DNA from: Dudresnaya verticillata
Taxonomy: Eukaryota
DNA length: 64,000 nt
Assembly: GCA_977862235.1 (NCBI GenBank)
Contig: OZ374558.1
Coordinates: forward strand, 2,666,001-2,730,000
Direction: 5' to 3'
The position numbers and the translations under genes were made by a program. This document shows, in pieces, positions 1 to 10,994 of the stretch (position 1 is its first letter; each line of letters begins with the position of its first letter). A model generated the notes under the pieces. It saw only the letters and a program-made list of their open reading frames with translations. It did not search any database and was not told the origin of the DNA.

Positions 1-1240
1 TGACCACCGGACGGATAGCAGATTAAGTGAGACTTCCGCCGGAGCTATCGGCACACATGGATTTTCTTATAGCTCCCTGACACCGACAGATGCGAGAAAC
101 TATTTTCCTAGTCTTCCCATTTCGGCGACTATGGGATCTATGTAGCTAACGGACTGCCGCGAGTGTAATTGTCTATTTTCTTAGTATTTCTATTTCCGGA
201 AACATGGGAGCTATGTAGCTCCCGCGGAGGAGGAAATCAAAAAGCTAAGAAAATAGATATTTCCTTTCTCCAGCACCAATAGCTATTGGCTGATATTCAT
301 ATTCGTTTCTAGCTTTTCACTTGGGTCCTCCTGCGTTTGCTACTTTTCCCGAGACGTGCATCCTCATCGCTGTCAGCTCGAAGTCATCACCGTACTGCCT
401 GCGCCGCATCGCCAGGCGGGGCTTCGAAGCCCAGGATGGCATCTCACTGCGCTGCGCGTTTGCAGTGAGAGCGAGCATTTCGCGAAGTCAAACTGGACCT
501 CCTGTACAGCACATGCCTTACTTCCTTAAAAACATTTCCTGATTGTACTACGGTGTCACTACGCAGGGGCTTGAGGTGAGATAGAGCCCGCCGCGCGCTG
601 AGACCGATCTCCGGAGGCGGGTTGCCGCGCAGATTTGACAGCTAACCACGACGGTCGCGTTACAGAAGCAGTGAGTTGTTTCCACAGCGTGATGACAGCT
701 GGGCAGTTTTGGGCACCGAATCGGACTATCGGATAGTGAAGCCATGGGATAATACTGGCACGCCCTTTCCGCTTGCAAAGGGTAAACGCCACTTACTACA
801 GAGACATCGAACGTTTGTTCATTAGGGACAAAGCTGCGATCGTCCACGTAGATGTCTAGGCGAAGCGGGTCGCGGGTGGGGTCAGAGGGATCAACAAAGG
901 GCTATTCCAGGCCAAGTTGGACACCATGATGAAGCGCAACAGTACGAAGCGCAACAGTACGAATATGAAAGGGGAGCATGAGTATATACGCATACGATTC
1001 GCACACACTATTACAGTGATGCCGAGGTGATGGGGTGTTGAAGATGCATGAACAGGACGTGGTGGAGGACAACCAGTGTTTTTCTGTTATCGAGGTGGAT
1101 GCGGAACGCATTACGACTGTGGTGTTGGGTATGCCCTTGTGCAACAGGCTTGCTGCATTTCTATCCCTCGACGTTAAGTGCTACGAACAGTCTCAATGTT
1201 ACTACAGTACAGTAACTTCCCCGTGGATGTCTAGGTCGTG

Positions 1241-1519
1241 CTAATTGGAATCGGAAGAAGGATCTTCTGTGTTGCGATCCTGGCCTCCTCGGATGAAATG
1301 AACGGACCCTTGCAGTTCTTGAACCCGGACGCGGACGTGACGAAGTGTCCTTAACGTACTTCTTCCGAATTCATGCACGAGGTGTCTAACGAAATCAAAT
1401 GCCCTTTGCACTTCGGTTTCTAGCTCACGCACAGTGTTGCGAAGATGGTAGAGTTCAGCACGTAGAAGTGTCAACTCTCGCCGCACATCGTCCATTGTTG
1501 GATTGACAGGAAGCGGCAT
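1241..1519 (-). CDS. Small coiled-coil protein (92 aa), probable paralog of 1544-1867
   Basis: ATG-started ORF with a heptad pattern (DVRRELTLLRAELYHLRNTVRELETEVQRAF) and an acidic tail. Confidence 0.5.
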   Translation of the reverse strand: MPLPVNPTMDDVRRELTLLRAELYHLRNTVRELETEVQRAFDFVRHLVHEFGRSTLRTLRHVRVRVQELQGSVHFIRGGQDRNTEDPSSDSN

Positions 1520-1543
1520 TGTTTTTTACGAAGTCGTGAAAAA

Positions 1544-1867
1544 TCACATGGAAGCTTGAAAATGATTCTCAATGTCAAAGTCCAGGTCGGGCTCATCTTC
1601 TTCGTTGCGTTGTATCCCCAACGTTTTTTCGATTGACCGCAGCCTTCTTCTAGCACTTCGGGCAGCATGAACGGCGTTTATCACTACTATGGACATTCGG
1701 TCCATAACAGCGGCAACCACAGCCCTCATTCGTTGTCGAGCTCCTTCCACTGCCGTCCTTAATTCTTCCACCTCGCCTCGAATAGCACGCACTTCGGACA
1801 GAAGGAGAGCAGGGTCGAAATCGGAACTTCCACTGCCTTGGTTGCGGCGAGCGTGCATGGATGCCAT
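1544..1867 (-). CDS. Small coiled-coil protein (107 aa)
   Basis: ATG-started ORF with heptads (LLSEVRAIRGEVEELRTAVEGARQRMRAVV) and an acidic tail; head-to-tail with 1241-1519. Confidence 0.5.
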   Translation of the reverse strand: MASMHARRNQGSGSSDFDPALLLSEVRAIRGEVEELRTAVEGARQRMRAVVAAVMDRMSIVVINAVHAARSARRRLRSIEKTLGIQRNEEDEPDLDFDIENHFQASM

Positions 1868-1963
1868 AATTCCTTCCAGCTGGAAATGTGCAGTGGAGCG
1901 TCAGCCGCCCTCGACTGGCAGAATGTACATCCGGTATTGCCCAAAAATAGACGAAGCAGACTT

Positions 1964-2280
1964 TCATGGCTCTCTATCACAACCCTCTATCATGTTAAGA
2001 TCCCATGCGAAAAATGCGTTTAAGTCTCGCAACAGGGCTGGCGGTTCCTCCGGACCCTTAAAAGTGTACCTATGCGGCCTCTCCGCGAACTCACCGCAAG
2101 CTTTGAAGGAAAATACAGCCACGAGATGCTCTTCCTCCTTGTCGAATTGCCGCAACCCGTGCTGGTGTGTTTCTGCCTTCCGTTTGTGGGCGTCGTTACC
2201 CAGTTGCAGTACTGCCTTCCCAACCTTATCTGGACCACACAGCAGCCAAACTGCGTCACCACCTTTGCGTTGCGGTCGCT
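1964..2280 (-). pseudogene. Globular domain, possibly the frameshifted C-terminal part of the methyltransferase gene; weak resemblance to Tnp1/En-Spm-associated domains
   Basis: 3' part of ORF 1964-2548: DAVWLLCGPDKVGKAVLQ...HG...LVAVF...PPALLRDLNAFFAWDLNMI; same strand and directly downstream of the MTase fragment. Confidence 0.3.
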
Positions 2281-2412
2281 CGCATGACAGCGGTTTCTCC
2301 CTAGGTTTTCCTGTACTTTTCCCAGCCTGTTGCTTACCTGGGGACATCACTAGGGTCTGTGATTCCCTTTCAAACTGATAAGTGCGTACCCTCTTCGTGT
2401 CCGGCTGTTTGT

Positions 2413-2766
2413 CTATCTGTTTTGCCGAACGCTTCTGTGCTTGGACCCTGCATCTTGAGACGACCCGTTCTGCTTCTCCTCTGCAATACGGTGCAGGCGT
2501 GCACGAGCCAGTCCGTATGTTTCCGGGTTTCTTTCGACGAGGCAACACTTCCTGTCTGTCCGAACGCAGGAAATGCCTGTAGCCATTGTCCCCACATGAG
2601 AGTCTAGGACCGAGCCGCCTTCAGAGCAGAAGGTTGTGATGATCTCAGTAAGTGCAGCAGGATTTTTCTCCTCCGTCAGAACTGGTGCCCTGCTAGTCCC
2701 TGGCTTCATGAGCTTATCTCTGGGTACGGGAACAATGGTCATCACAGAGAACCTTCGTCGCTCCTT
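2413..2766 (-). pseudogene. C-terminal (SAM-binding) half of a beta-class N4-cytosine/N6-adenine DNA methyltransferase (N6_N4_Mtase-like)
   Basis: EEKNPAALTEIITTFCSEGGSVLDSHVGTMATGISCVRTDRKCCLVERNPETYGLARARL matches, position by position, the family pattern QKPxxLxxxxIxxxSxxGxxVLDPFxGSGTTxxAxxxxxRxxxGxExxxxYxxxAxxRL; the catalytic DPPY/SPPY half is absent. Confidence 0.75.
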
Positions 2767-2776
2767 ACAAGGGAAG

Positions 2777-2803
2777 ACATCGCGGCGCGGCGCGCCGCGA
2801 TGT
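2777..2803. terminator. 3' terminal GC-rich hairpin of the Helitron-like element
   Basis: acatcgcggcgcg-g-cgcgccgcgatgt, a perfect 13-bp inverted repeat ~430 bp downstream of the helicase stop, followed on the minus strand by CTTG|T. Confidence 0.8.
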
Positions 2804-2867
2804 GTCCCCGGAGCCCTTTACAGTTTCGCAAAGTAGTTTTCTGTGTGCAGATGGTTCTGATGTGAAC

Positions 2868-2978
2868 ATTTGACAGGGGGTCTGGACGTGGCAGTTTGTC
2901 ATTTTGACAGGGTGCCTGGTCACAACTTGCCAGTTTGTCATTTTGACAGGCTGCCTAGACGTACTATTTTGTCATTTT
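2868..2978. repeat. Subterminal tandem repeats (~35 bp) with a TGTCA-ttt-TGACA dyad core
   Basis: tttgtcattttgacagg occurs twice exactly, plus two partial copies. Confidence 0.7.
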
Positions 2979-3233
2979 GGCATGTTGCCTTAGTGTGATT
3001 GTCTCGCATTTAGACAGTTTGTTTTACCTCGGTGTTCCACTCTCCTATTTAGACGGGCTGTTTGTGTACCAGGCTGTCACGGCAGGGCATGTAAAGTGTC
3101 AAGACGCTTTAATGCAAGAAAAAGAAGAAAGAAAACACATATCGTCGTTCTGTAAGAGAACGTCCAAGATGCACTAAGATATGAAAGGAATTATCGACGC
3201 CTTTAAGAGGCTGTGATTTTCTAAGTAGTAGAA

Positions 3234-6200
3234 TCATCCATCACGTCTGCCTTCAACAAAGACAACAGCCTCTGGGAGAAACGGGCTGCTGACGGCAACA
3301 GGCATGTTATGGAATGGATGTTCGGGGTCGGATGTACGATCTTCCTCCTTATGTAGCAGAAGAATATCGCCAGATTTCTTTGCTCGGGAAAGAGCAACGT
3401 ATAGCTGCCCTGGAGACAAGAAGTTAGAACGCAGGTCGACGATCATTCTGCTTAAGGTCTGTCCTTGTGCCTTGTGCACAGTAGCGCTGAACGCCAGACG
3501 GATAGGGAACTGCCTTCTCGTGACGCGAACTCCGTGAAATTCAAACTGAAAGTCTATGCGATGTAACGCGAAGTATTCCAGTTCGCTTCCAGATTGACCA
3601 ATCTTCGCAACGTAAACCATTCTGCGTGTATAGCGCTTGACGACAAACATTGCTCCATTGACAATGTGAGGGTGAAGAACGTTTCTGATAACCGTGACTG
3701 GAACACCGAGTTTAAGTTGTAGATCATGCGGCGGAACCCCTGTCGGCATATACCGGTACGTCATTTCTGCCACAATATTGTTGCTGATAGGGTTTGGAAC
3801 TGCTGCCGCTGCGTCGGACCGGAACAATGCTGGTTGCCGACTTGAGTGAGAACATTGTTCCCGGGAATCGTTTCAAGCATTCCTCATTGTGCTTATCGAC
3901 GAGCGCGTTGGTGGGACAAACGATCATGCGGTTCGGTTCGACATCCCTCGGATTTCCGGTTCTAGCCCACTTCCAAAGACCTTCGTACGCTGCTGTCATA
4001 TCGCCGGTGGAATAAAGAGGAAGCGGGCGTGTGGCTGGGAACCTCCCAGTCGCGATAGACATCAGCATTCTACTGAATCTCTGGTCTTCTGCCTGACGGA
4101 CCTGCTGGGTAATGCGGAGGACATTCACACGGGGCCAAAGGGAGGAAGCCCACGGAAGTTCGTCCAAAAGTGATACGTTAACGTAGCGTGTAGTCCCCCT
4201 GTTCATCTTCCTCCAGTATCCTTGACGGCACTACGGGGAGAAGCTGAAGATAGTCTCCGGCAAACACGATACTCAAGCCTCCAAATAGCGGCTTGTCTTG
4301 TGCAGAATCCGAGCTACTGCTGGTATCCCCACCACCGGTCCTTGTATGTCCCGGTCTCACTCTAAGGTTCTTCAGAATTGCGTCAACGTGCTCAAATAGA
4401 ACGCGTTGCATCATTGAGGCCTCATCAACAATGAGAAGTGCCATGTTTCGAAGCATCTCTGCTCTTTGCGAACGTGGCCCATACTTTGAAAGCTTCGCAT
4501 GTCGCTCAGAACTGTCTTTGTCATCTACTCCAAGACCAAGTAAGCTGTGGAGTGTGCGCCCCCTGAGTACAGTGATGCTACAATTACTGTAGTCGCAGTA
4601 ATCTCCACGTGCATTCCCTTGACCTGTGCCATGTCGCGTAGTAGAGAAAGAAGATAAGTCTTCCCTGTTCCAGCGTGTCCTTGTAAGAAGAATACTTTTC
4701 CATCTGTCCCTAGTGTGTCTTGCTGACGTCGTTCCATTAAGTTCGTCATGGGCCTGTCAAACACACGCTTCTGTTGCGAGTTTAAAGTACGGTACTTGTC
4801 CTCCAGGCGTGTTCGTGTACTCCTAGATGAAGAAGCTCGATTGATCTCGTTCTGTACCCTTTCAGTCTCCGTGGGTCGTTCCTGAGAACTAACGAAAGAA
4901 CGGAATGAGCGGTGATGCCTTAGTAGATGCCCGCCATGACGGTCGGATATCTCAATGAGTCTGCGGATAAGCTCGGCCTTGTTGCTAGCAGTACAGCCCA
5001 GGTTAATATCGGATATCAAGTAGTCCATGTGCCTCTCTAACATTCTATTTGGATGCCCTCCCTGCTAGTAAAGCGTCACTATCATGAAGCGCAGGCTTCC
5101 AGGAGTTGAATGCATTCGCACTGCTTCATCGAAGGACCGGTCATACTCATTTCCATCGGCATAGAGACCCATAGCCACTGCTGCATCGCGGAACGATTCG
5201 TATCGAGTCCCTTCGAATTCTTTGCCATCTGCGAAGGAGGAGAGAGCCCTGTGCATGACGATCACTCGGAGTGCAAAAAGCTCGACATTTGCTGGTGAAA
5301 CGAAGCGGATGCGTGCTACAGTGTCTCATCGGACCGTCTCCTTACCACATATTGAATGGGACGCCCATTGTCGCGTGGAATGTCACCACTCCGGGACTGA
5401 AGGCTTCGTGGAAGTGTCTTATAGAACTTAAACTCTTCCATGTAGTCGAGAAAGGTTTTGGACCTGTACTGTGTCGGACTCTTGAAGTAGCGCAGTAACG
5501 GTGAGTCTGACAATTGAAGAGGAAGATTCGGGTTACGGATGACAATGTTTCGTTCTCCTTCTAAGTGTATCTGATATGCAGAAACAGTAGGCTTCATCTT
5601 GACGTGCCTGAACTCAAGTAGGGACCAGGCCGCCTCTACTGCACCCCTCACTCTCGCGCGCATGTGGAGTCGAATTTCATTGTGGATATTGTCCCTTGCG
5701 GGGTTTCTCTGTGTCCCGTCCCTAACCTCTTCTGCTCCGGTTCTTATGCTTACGTCGTGCAACTTGGGTGGCTTGAATGTATACTTCATGAGGTATGCAA
5801 CCGCTCCGCCGCCTTGTGTGCGTTCTACGTTGATGTGACAACGGTACCTTCGTGTTAACTTAGCATTGTAAGGTACACTTCGGAGATCTTCCGCTTTCCT
5901 CCGCCGATACACAACGCGATTTCATGTCTCATCAATGTATGTGGAGGGAGTCACGACATTTTGATCGTACCCAAAGCGGCATCTTCTGTCCCGCGTACGG
6001 CCCCTACAGTACGGGGAGTGCCGATGCATGTTCAACTTCTTGACTAAAGCTCGGAGTTCCGGATCATCTTCCTCAGTCGGCAATTCTGCACTTATCATGG
6101 CGTCAACTTCATCCAAATCCTCCAGTAGTCCTCCCTCCAAGAATACCAACATGTGATTGTGCGGCGTGTTCCTTTCTTGGAACTCCAGCTTTGAAGCAAT

Positions 6201-8549
6201 ACCGATACAACGTCGACCGAAGTACTCTTGTGAATTCTCTTGTATTTCCCTCATGAAATCGTTTTCCAATTGATTGTAAACTCTTGCAGTGAGATCTGGG
6301 CGGTCGAAGACGCGGGGCTTGCTTCCATGAGGCTGGAAGGTACTGCGGTGTTGAATGTCAAGGCCTAGCCGGCCCATCTCTTCCCTCAATGGGTTCATCG
6401 TAACAGTCACGAGAAGAGAAGGGATGTGCCTTCGTGCAACGATTGCCTGCACGTCTAGTAACTTCCCCCGCCAGTATGAAGGAGAGTTGATGTGGTTATC
6501 AGGAAGAAAGAGCCGGCCAGCACGGTATGTCTCATCATCATCCATCACAACTTCTTGCAGTTTTCTCTCCTCGACGATTCTTGCCGTTTGCTCACGTTCA
6601 AGGAATCTAAGACGCTGATCCTCAATGTTCGTAACGGTTCGAAGTAGCCAGACTTGGAAAAGTGTCCCGCTGTCCTGGAGGATATTGTCTGAGTATAGTC
6701 GACGCTTGACGTGGGTTGCCCACGTCAGCTTACGCACCTTCTTCTGGTTTGCCTCTGCTTCAGAGTCAGTATCAGAGTTATCCCCTCGTGCTTGTAAGAA
6801 CAGTGCTAGATCGAACGGGAAATGCTCATCACCACATGGGTATAGAAGCGGAAACGCCCCCACCTCTGCTAACTTCGATGCTGCATTCAACGTACGGTAC
6901 TTAACAAGACGTCTTTCACTGTCCGGTGTGCGACCTGTGGTAGTGTCTCGATGCACATAAGTGCTTCCTACTACCTGCACCATTGGCTACTCGCTCCGAT
7001 ACAGCCCAGAAGGATCTACAGTGTAGCTGTGTAGATGCCTTGGTACTCCAGTTTGATCTTGTGGAAGCGGTCCCACTCCTCCTACGCCTTCTACGTCCCC
7101 AACCTGTCTCCCACGGTAGTTTTGTACTACTACACCGTCATTTGCAACTTGTTCATTCACTTCTACTGCATGACCATTGATCGCAGGGTCATTTGAAGAG
7201 CTGCCGGCAGCAGCACGCGAAGACTGAGAAACCAAGCAGCGGTAAGTCTCCCTTAGTAGACGCGGTGGAGGTTTCAGACGATCATACAGAATAGGGACGA
7301 GTCGGCGAACATTTGCGTTACTGACAGCATCCCGCATCAGCCTTGATCGCTGGTCGCCTTCCCTCAAACTTGGTACCTCGTCCGACCACAGAAAGGTGTA
7401 TCTTGCATCACGCTTTGGTACAGCTATAGCTTCGTTACCGTACAACTTCATGAAAGAAGGCCCACCGGCAGGCATGAACTTGAGGTCCATGAAGGATAGA
7501 CAGGTAGCGAAGAGAGAGTTAAGCTGTACGGACATAGTACGGAAAGCTCGGAGCTTGTATACATCTGCCAGCTGATTGGACTGCTGTCTCCTTCGGAACG
7601 TTACGCCCCATCCAGAAGGACTCTTCTTTCCGCAACAAACACCGTCAACTTCCTTTCCAAGGACCAAACTTCCGCAGTACTTGCAGGTGCTTATAAAGAG
7701 CGTCCATCCTTCTAGAGAACAGCGTCGGGCAGTATGGCTTCGGTCTCCACAGTTGGAACATCTTCGCCTCGTGTCTCGAGAAGTATCGAACTCCTCAGGA
7801 ATGCTTCCGGATGCCTTCGCATCCTCTAAGCGTTGATCAAAGGCATAGTAGACAGAATAAAGTCCGTTTCCCACCTTTCCTACTTCAGACATACGAGTAG
7901 CATCTACTGTCCCCGAAACCGGCTCTTCAATGTTGTTCTCATACACGTCGGTCACCGGACCATTTGTAACGTGATCGCCTTCCTCTAAGAGCGTTCCTTG
8001 ATCCGGTTCAGGCACCTGAGTCCGTGGTGGCCTCCCACTGCCCGCACGAGATCCTCCAGCGTTTACCCGAGCACCTCCGGAATTCGCATGTGCACCACCG
8101 GCGTTGCTGCGAGCCCCTCCAGAGTTCGCTCGACTTCCTTCAGCATTAATTCGAGCGCCTCCCGCGTTTTCCCTTGCTCCGCCCGCATTCTGGCGCGAGC
8201 CTCCCGCGTTTTCTCTTACCCCACCCGCATTCGGACGCGCACCACCCGCATTCTGACGCGCACTGTCCGCATTGGAACGTGCACCGCCCGCGTTTTCACG
8301 CACACCACCTGAATTCGGACGAGCCCCCCCCGCATTCGCACGCGCTCCTCCGGCGTTATCGCGTTGAACACCAGAATTTCGCCTTGAGCCACCTGCATTC
8401 GACCTCGCACCACCAGCATTCGGCCTCGCACCACCTGCATTCGACCTCGCACTACCTGAATTACGCCTGGCACCACCTGAATTCGCCCGCGCCCCGCCAG
8501 AATTTTCCCGCGGCCCACCCGAGTTTAGTCGCGGACCTCCGCGTACCAT
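3234..8549 (-). pseudogene. Helitron RepHel transposase (HUH Rep + PIF1-like SF1 helicase), broken by ~3 in-frame stops and ~4 frameshifts
   Basis: Zn motifs CSNCGDRSHTARRC and CKYC..VCCGKK; Rep motifs LLVTVTMNP, LEFQERNTPHNH, YLMKYTFK; helicase motifs GHAGTGKT, IVDEASM, GDYLQLLPV, QVRQ, PTN, RRQFPIRLAFSATVHKAQGQTL, GQLYVALSR across ORFs 6987-8648, 5922-6983, 5316-5912, 5065-5265, 4525-5043, 4178-4456, 3724-4206, 3234-3827. Confidence 0.95.
8037..8540 (-). repeat. Coding 21-bp tandem repeat, 24 x GGARxN(A/S)
   Basis: Units counted in the translation of ORF 6987-8648. Confidence 0.95.
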
Positions 8550-9293
8550 TTCCGTTCCCACTTGTTCCCACTTGACGTTGAACTTCTGCCTTCTCGCTTC
8601 GCTCTCGCCCGCACGTGCGCGCAGACAACTTAAGCGGCTAAGACGCAAGCCGAGGTTTCACAGTTACACGTCTTTGTTGTTCGCACCGGTAGCAGCCAGC
8701 AACTCGTGAGCTGCAAGCAAGCTTGCAACTTCAGGAATTCTGCTAGGGGAGCGGGGACAAATAGCTTGATTAGGTGTACGGCCACACTGCTCGCCAAGCC
8801 TAACCCCCTGCGAGACACGGACGCGGCTAACGACAAACGCCCACCCCGTTGTGACTCCACCCTGGATGCGGGCTGGCCAGCCGGTGGACGCTCGCGGTAG
8901 CACTGGCTGCACAAGGCCTCGAAATCACCGCATTGCTCAACTCCCACTGCCTGTTCACTCGCGTACTGTTGTGCCAGGCTGCCTCACGACGGGGACTTCA
9001 CGTTTCACTCGAAGTTAGTCCTGAGAGCGGTCCCGCGCCGTCCTCAGCAGCCTGACGTCGCACGCTTCGCTTCGCGGTGGGGGGGTCGTACTGATCAACA
9101 CAGGGTGGCATTGTATATATGCGCGCACATGCTGCGCAGAAACAGCAGGATTCAACAGCACCACTCCGTGCACCTGTGCCTGTGAAGCGCCCACTGGGCC
9201 ACTGCGTCGGAGATCGTGCGCCACAAAAAATTACGTACTGCATGCCAATACGTACTGTATGCCACACATATCTATAATATCACACGCGCCTTC

Positions 9294-9367
9294 CAAATCG
9301 CCAAGCGCACAGCCAACTTCCAAATCGCCAAGCGCACAGCTAATGCCAAATCGCCAAGCGCACAGCC
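9294..9367. repeat. 3 x caaatcgccaagcgcacagc tandem repeat
   Basis: Direct reading. Confidence 0.9.
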
Positions 9368-9458
9368 AATAACAGAGCTCGTGCCCCACGTACTGTATGC
9401 CCGCGGCTCTGCAAGCAGCTGTCAGCACGCATGCGCGCAGCCAATCACAGTTGAGCTT

Positions 9459-9514
9459 TGCTGCTCCTGCTGCTGCTGCTGCTGCTACTGTTTCTGCTGC
9501 TGCTGCTGCTGCTG
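9459..9514. repeat. Imperfect (CTG)n microsatellite
   Basis: Direct reading. Confidence 0.9.
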
Positions 9515-9673
9515 ATGTTTTTCATTGGCGCTGCGACCGTGTGTTTTAGATATAATTTCGGATGCGTAGAAACTATTGTAGCCCGAAGTGGCAGCATTGG
9601 CGCATCGATGTAGAATTTTGTTTAATTTTGTCACCCTACCCTGCTTAATACTACCCTTTTGGCGGTCATACCC

Positions 9674-10108
9674 CTACAAATCTCCGCCTAGCTGTCTTGA
9701 AGCGCAATTCACATTCCACCGTTGTGCAATTTTGCAAAGTGTAGTGCGACAGCTAGGCACTACGCCCATTTGATACGCGTATCGGAAACTCGCCTCTTCT
9801 GCCAAATCAAGTAGACAGCCTTGCCCGTGATATGGCTTATATTTGTAAAACACATTGCACAGAGACTTTTTCTCGACTTGTGCGTATGCGGTAGAAGCGT
9901 TCTCACGCCGCATGCACTTTTGAATATACCTTGGGTACTCGGTATTTTCTCCTAACATACATGCCAAAGTCGTACCTGTAAACAAAACGGAATGCTCACT
10001 CCATGCATACATGTCGTGCAATTTCCATCCTCCACGAGCACAAGTGCACATGTCTTTCACGAACAAAGAAACCGGGTGTTTATATTTACCCTTCGCATAA
10101 ACCGACAC
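9674..10108 (-). CDS. Possible passenger ORF inside the Helitron-like element, unknown function
   Basis: 144-aa open frame with protein-like composition, same strand as RepHel; no ATG start and no recognised motif. Confidence 0.3.
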   Translation of the reverse strand: MSVYAKGKYKHPVSLFVKDMCTCARGGWKLHDMYAWSEHSVLFTGTTLACMLGENTEYPRYIQKCMRRENASTAYAQVEKKSLCNVFYKYKPYHGQGCLLDLAEEASFRYAYQMGVVPSCRTTLCKIAQRWNVNCASRQLGGDL

Positions 10109-10269
10109 AATTCTCCACTCTATTGTCTCTATTCCATCCCATCTTTCGCAGTACGCGTTAATGCCAACGGTTCCGCCTCTGTCTTGCTTCGTCCCTAATA
10201 GTCCACCCTAGGCCTGTCCCTTTTCATTGAACTGAAGATTTGTCTCTCACGAAAATCGAAAACCTGCGC

Positions 10270-10610
10270 AGCAGCTGGAAGCAGTTGGGCGCAGCGAGGA
10301 GCGGCTGGCGAGCAGGAGCGGCGAGGAGCGGCGGACCAGCAGGCACGGTGGGCAGGCGAGGCGGGCAGGCGCGCAGAAATGAGGCAAGCGAGTAGGCGGA
10401 CCAGTAGGAGCGGCAGGTAGACGCGCAGAAATCAGGCGCGCGAGCAGGCGGACAAACAGGAGCGGCGGGCAGGCGCGCAGGAACCAGACAAGCGAGCAGA
10501 CGGGCTAGTAGGAGCGGCAGGCAGACGAGCAGAAACCAGGCGAGCGAACAGGCGGACCAACAGGAGCGGCGGGCAGGTGGCAGTCAGGTGGGCGAGCAGG
10601 AGAGGCGGGA
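10270..10610. repeat. Purine/GC-rich imperfect tandem repeat near the element 5' end
   Basis: Repeated units such as gcgagcaggcggaccagtaggagcggcaggc...gcagaaa(t/c)cag. Confidence 0.75.
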
Positions 10611-10994
10611 ACGGACAAGTGCTGGTGTGAGGCGAGTGCGCTGGCGCCCTTGGCGGTGCCCAGGGCGGGGACAAAATCTAATTCAGATTGTTTTACAGAA
10701 ATTCGGAAAAGTCCGAAACTTTCCGAAAGTTTCAGGGGCTCCGCGGGCTGTGTGTAGGGCGCCATAACTTCTGAAGTACACAAGCGGTTTGCACCGTTAT
10801 TCTCAGCTCACTCTCAGCTTTCCAGGGAGCTAAAGAGGTGGGGTACAATTTGCTTCTGTTTTATAAAGTTAATTCTGAGGATCTCCAAAGTAGTGTTCAT
10901 GGTGGTGGTTAGTGCTGGCGCGGGGTTTGTCCCCGTTTGCATAGCTCAGTAAACTTGACCGCGGTTAACGTGTTTTCTGTGTCTTCTATCCTCA

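Larger units (their letters stand above)
2768..10750 (-). mobile_element. Helitron-like rolling-circle transposon (Helentron/Helitron2-type termini), decayed
   Basis: RepHel pseudogene; 3' hairpin at 2777-2803; imperfect subterminal inverted repeats at 2806-2834 and 10718-10747; exact ends inferred. Confidence 0.75.

Noticed and set aside
9541..9620. Canonical Helitron 5' end A|TC at 9550 that might restore the MTase frame
   Set aside because: The joined frame hits a stop ~25 codons upstream with no MTase motif; the inverted repeat at 10718-10747 is a better terminus
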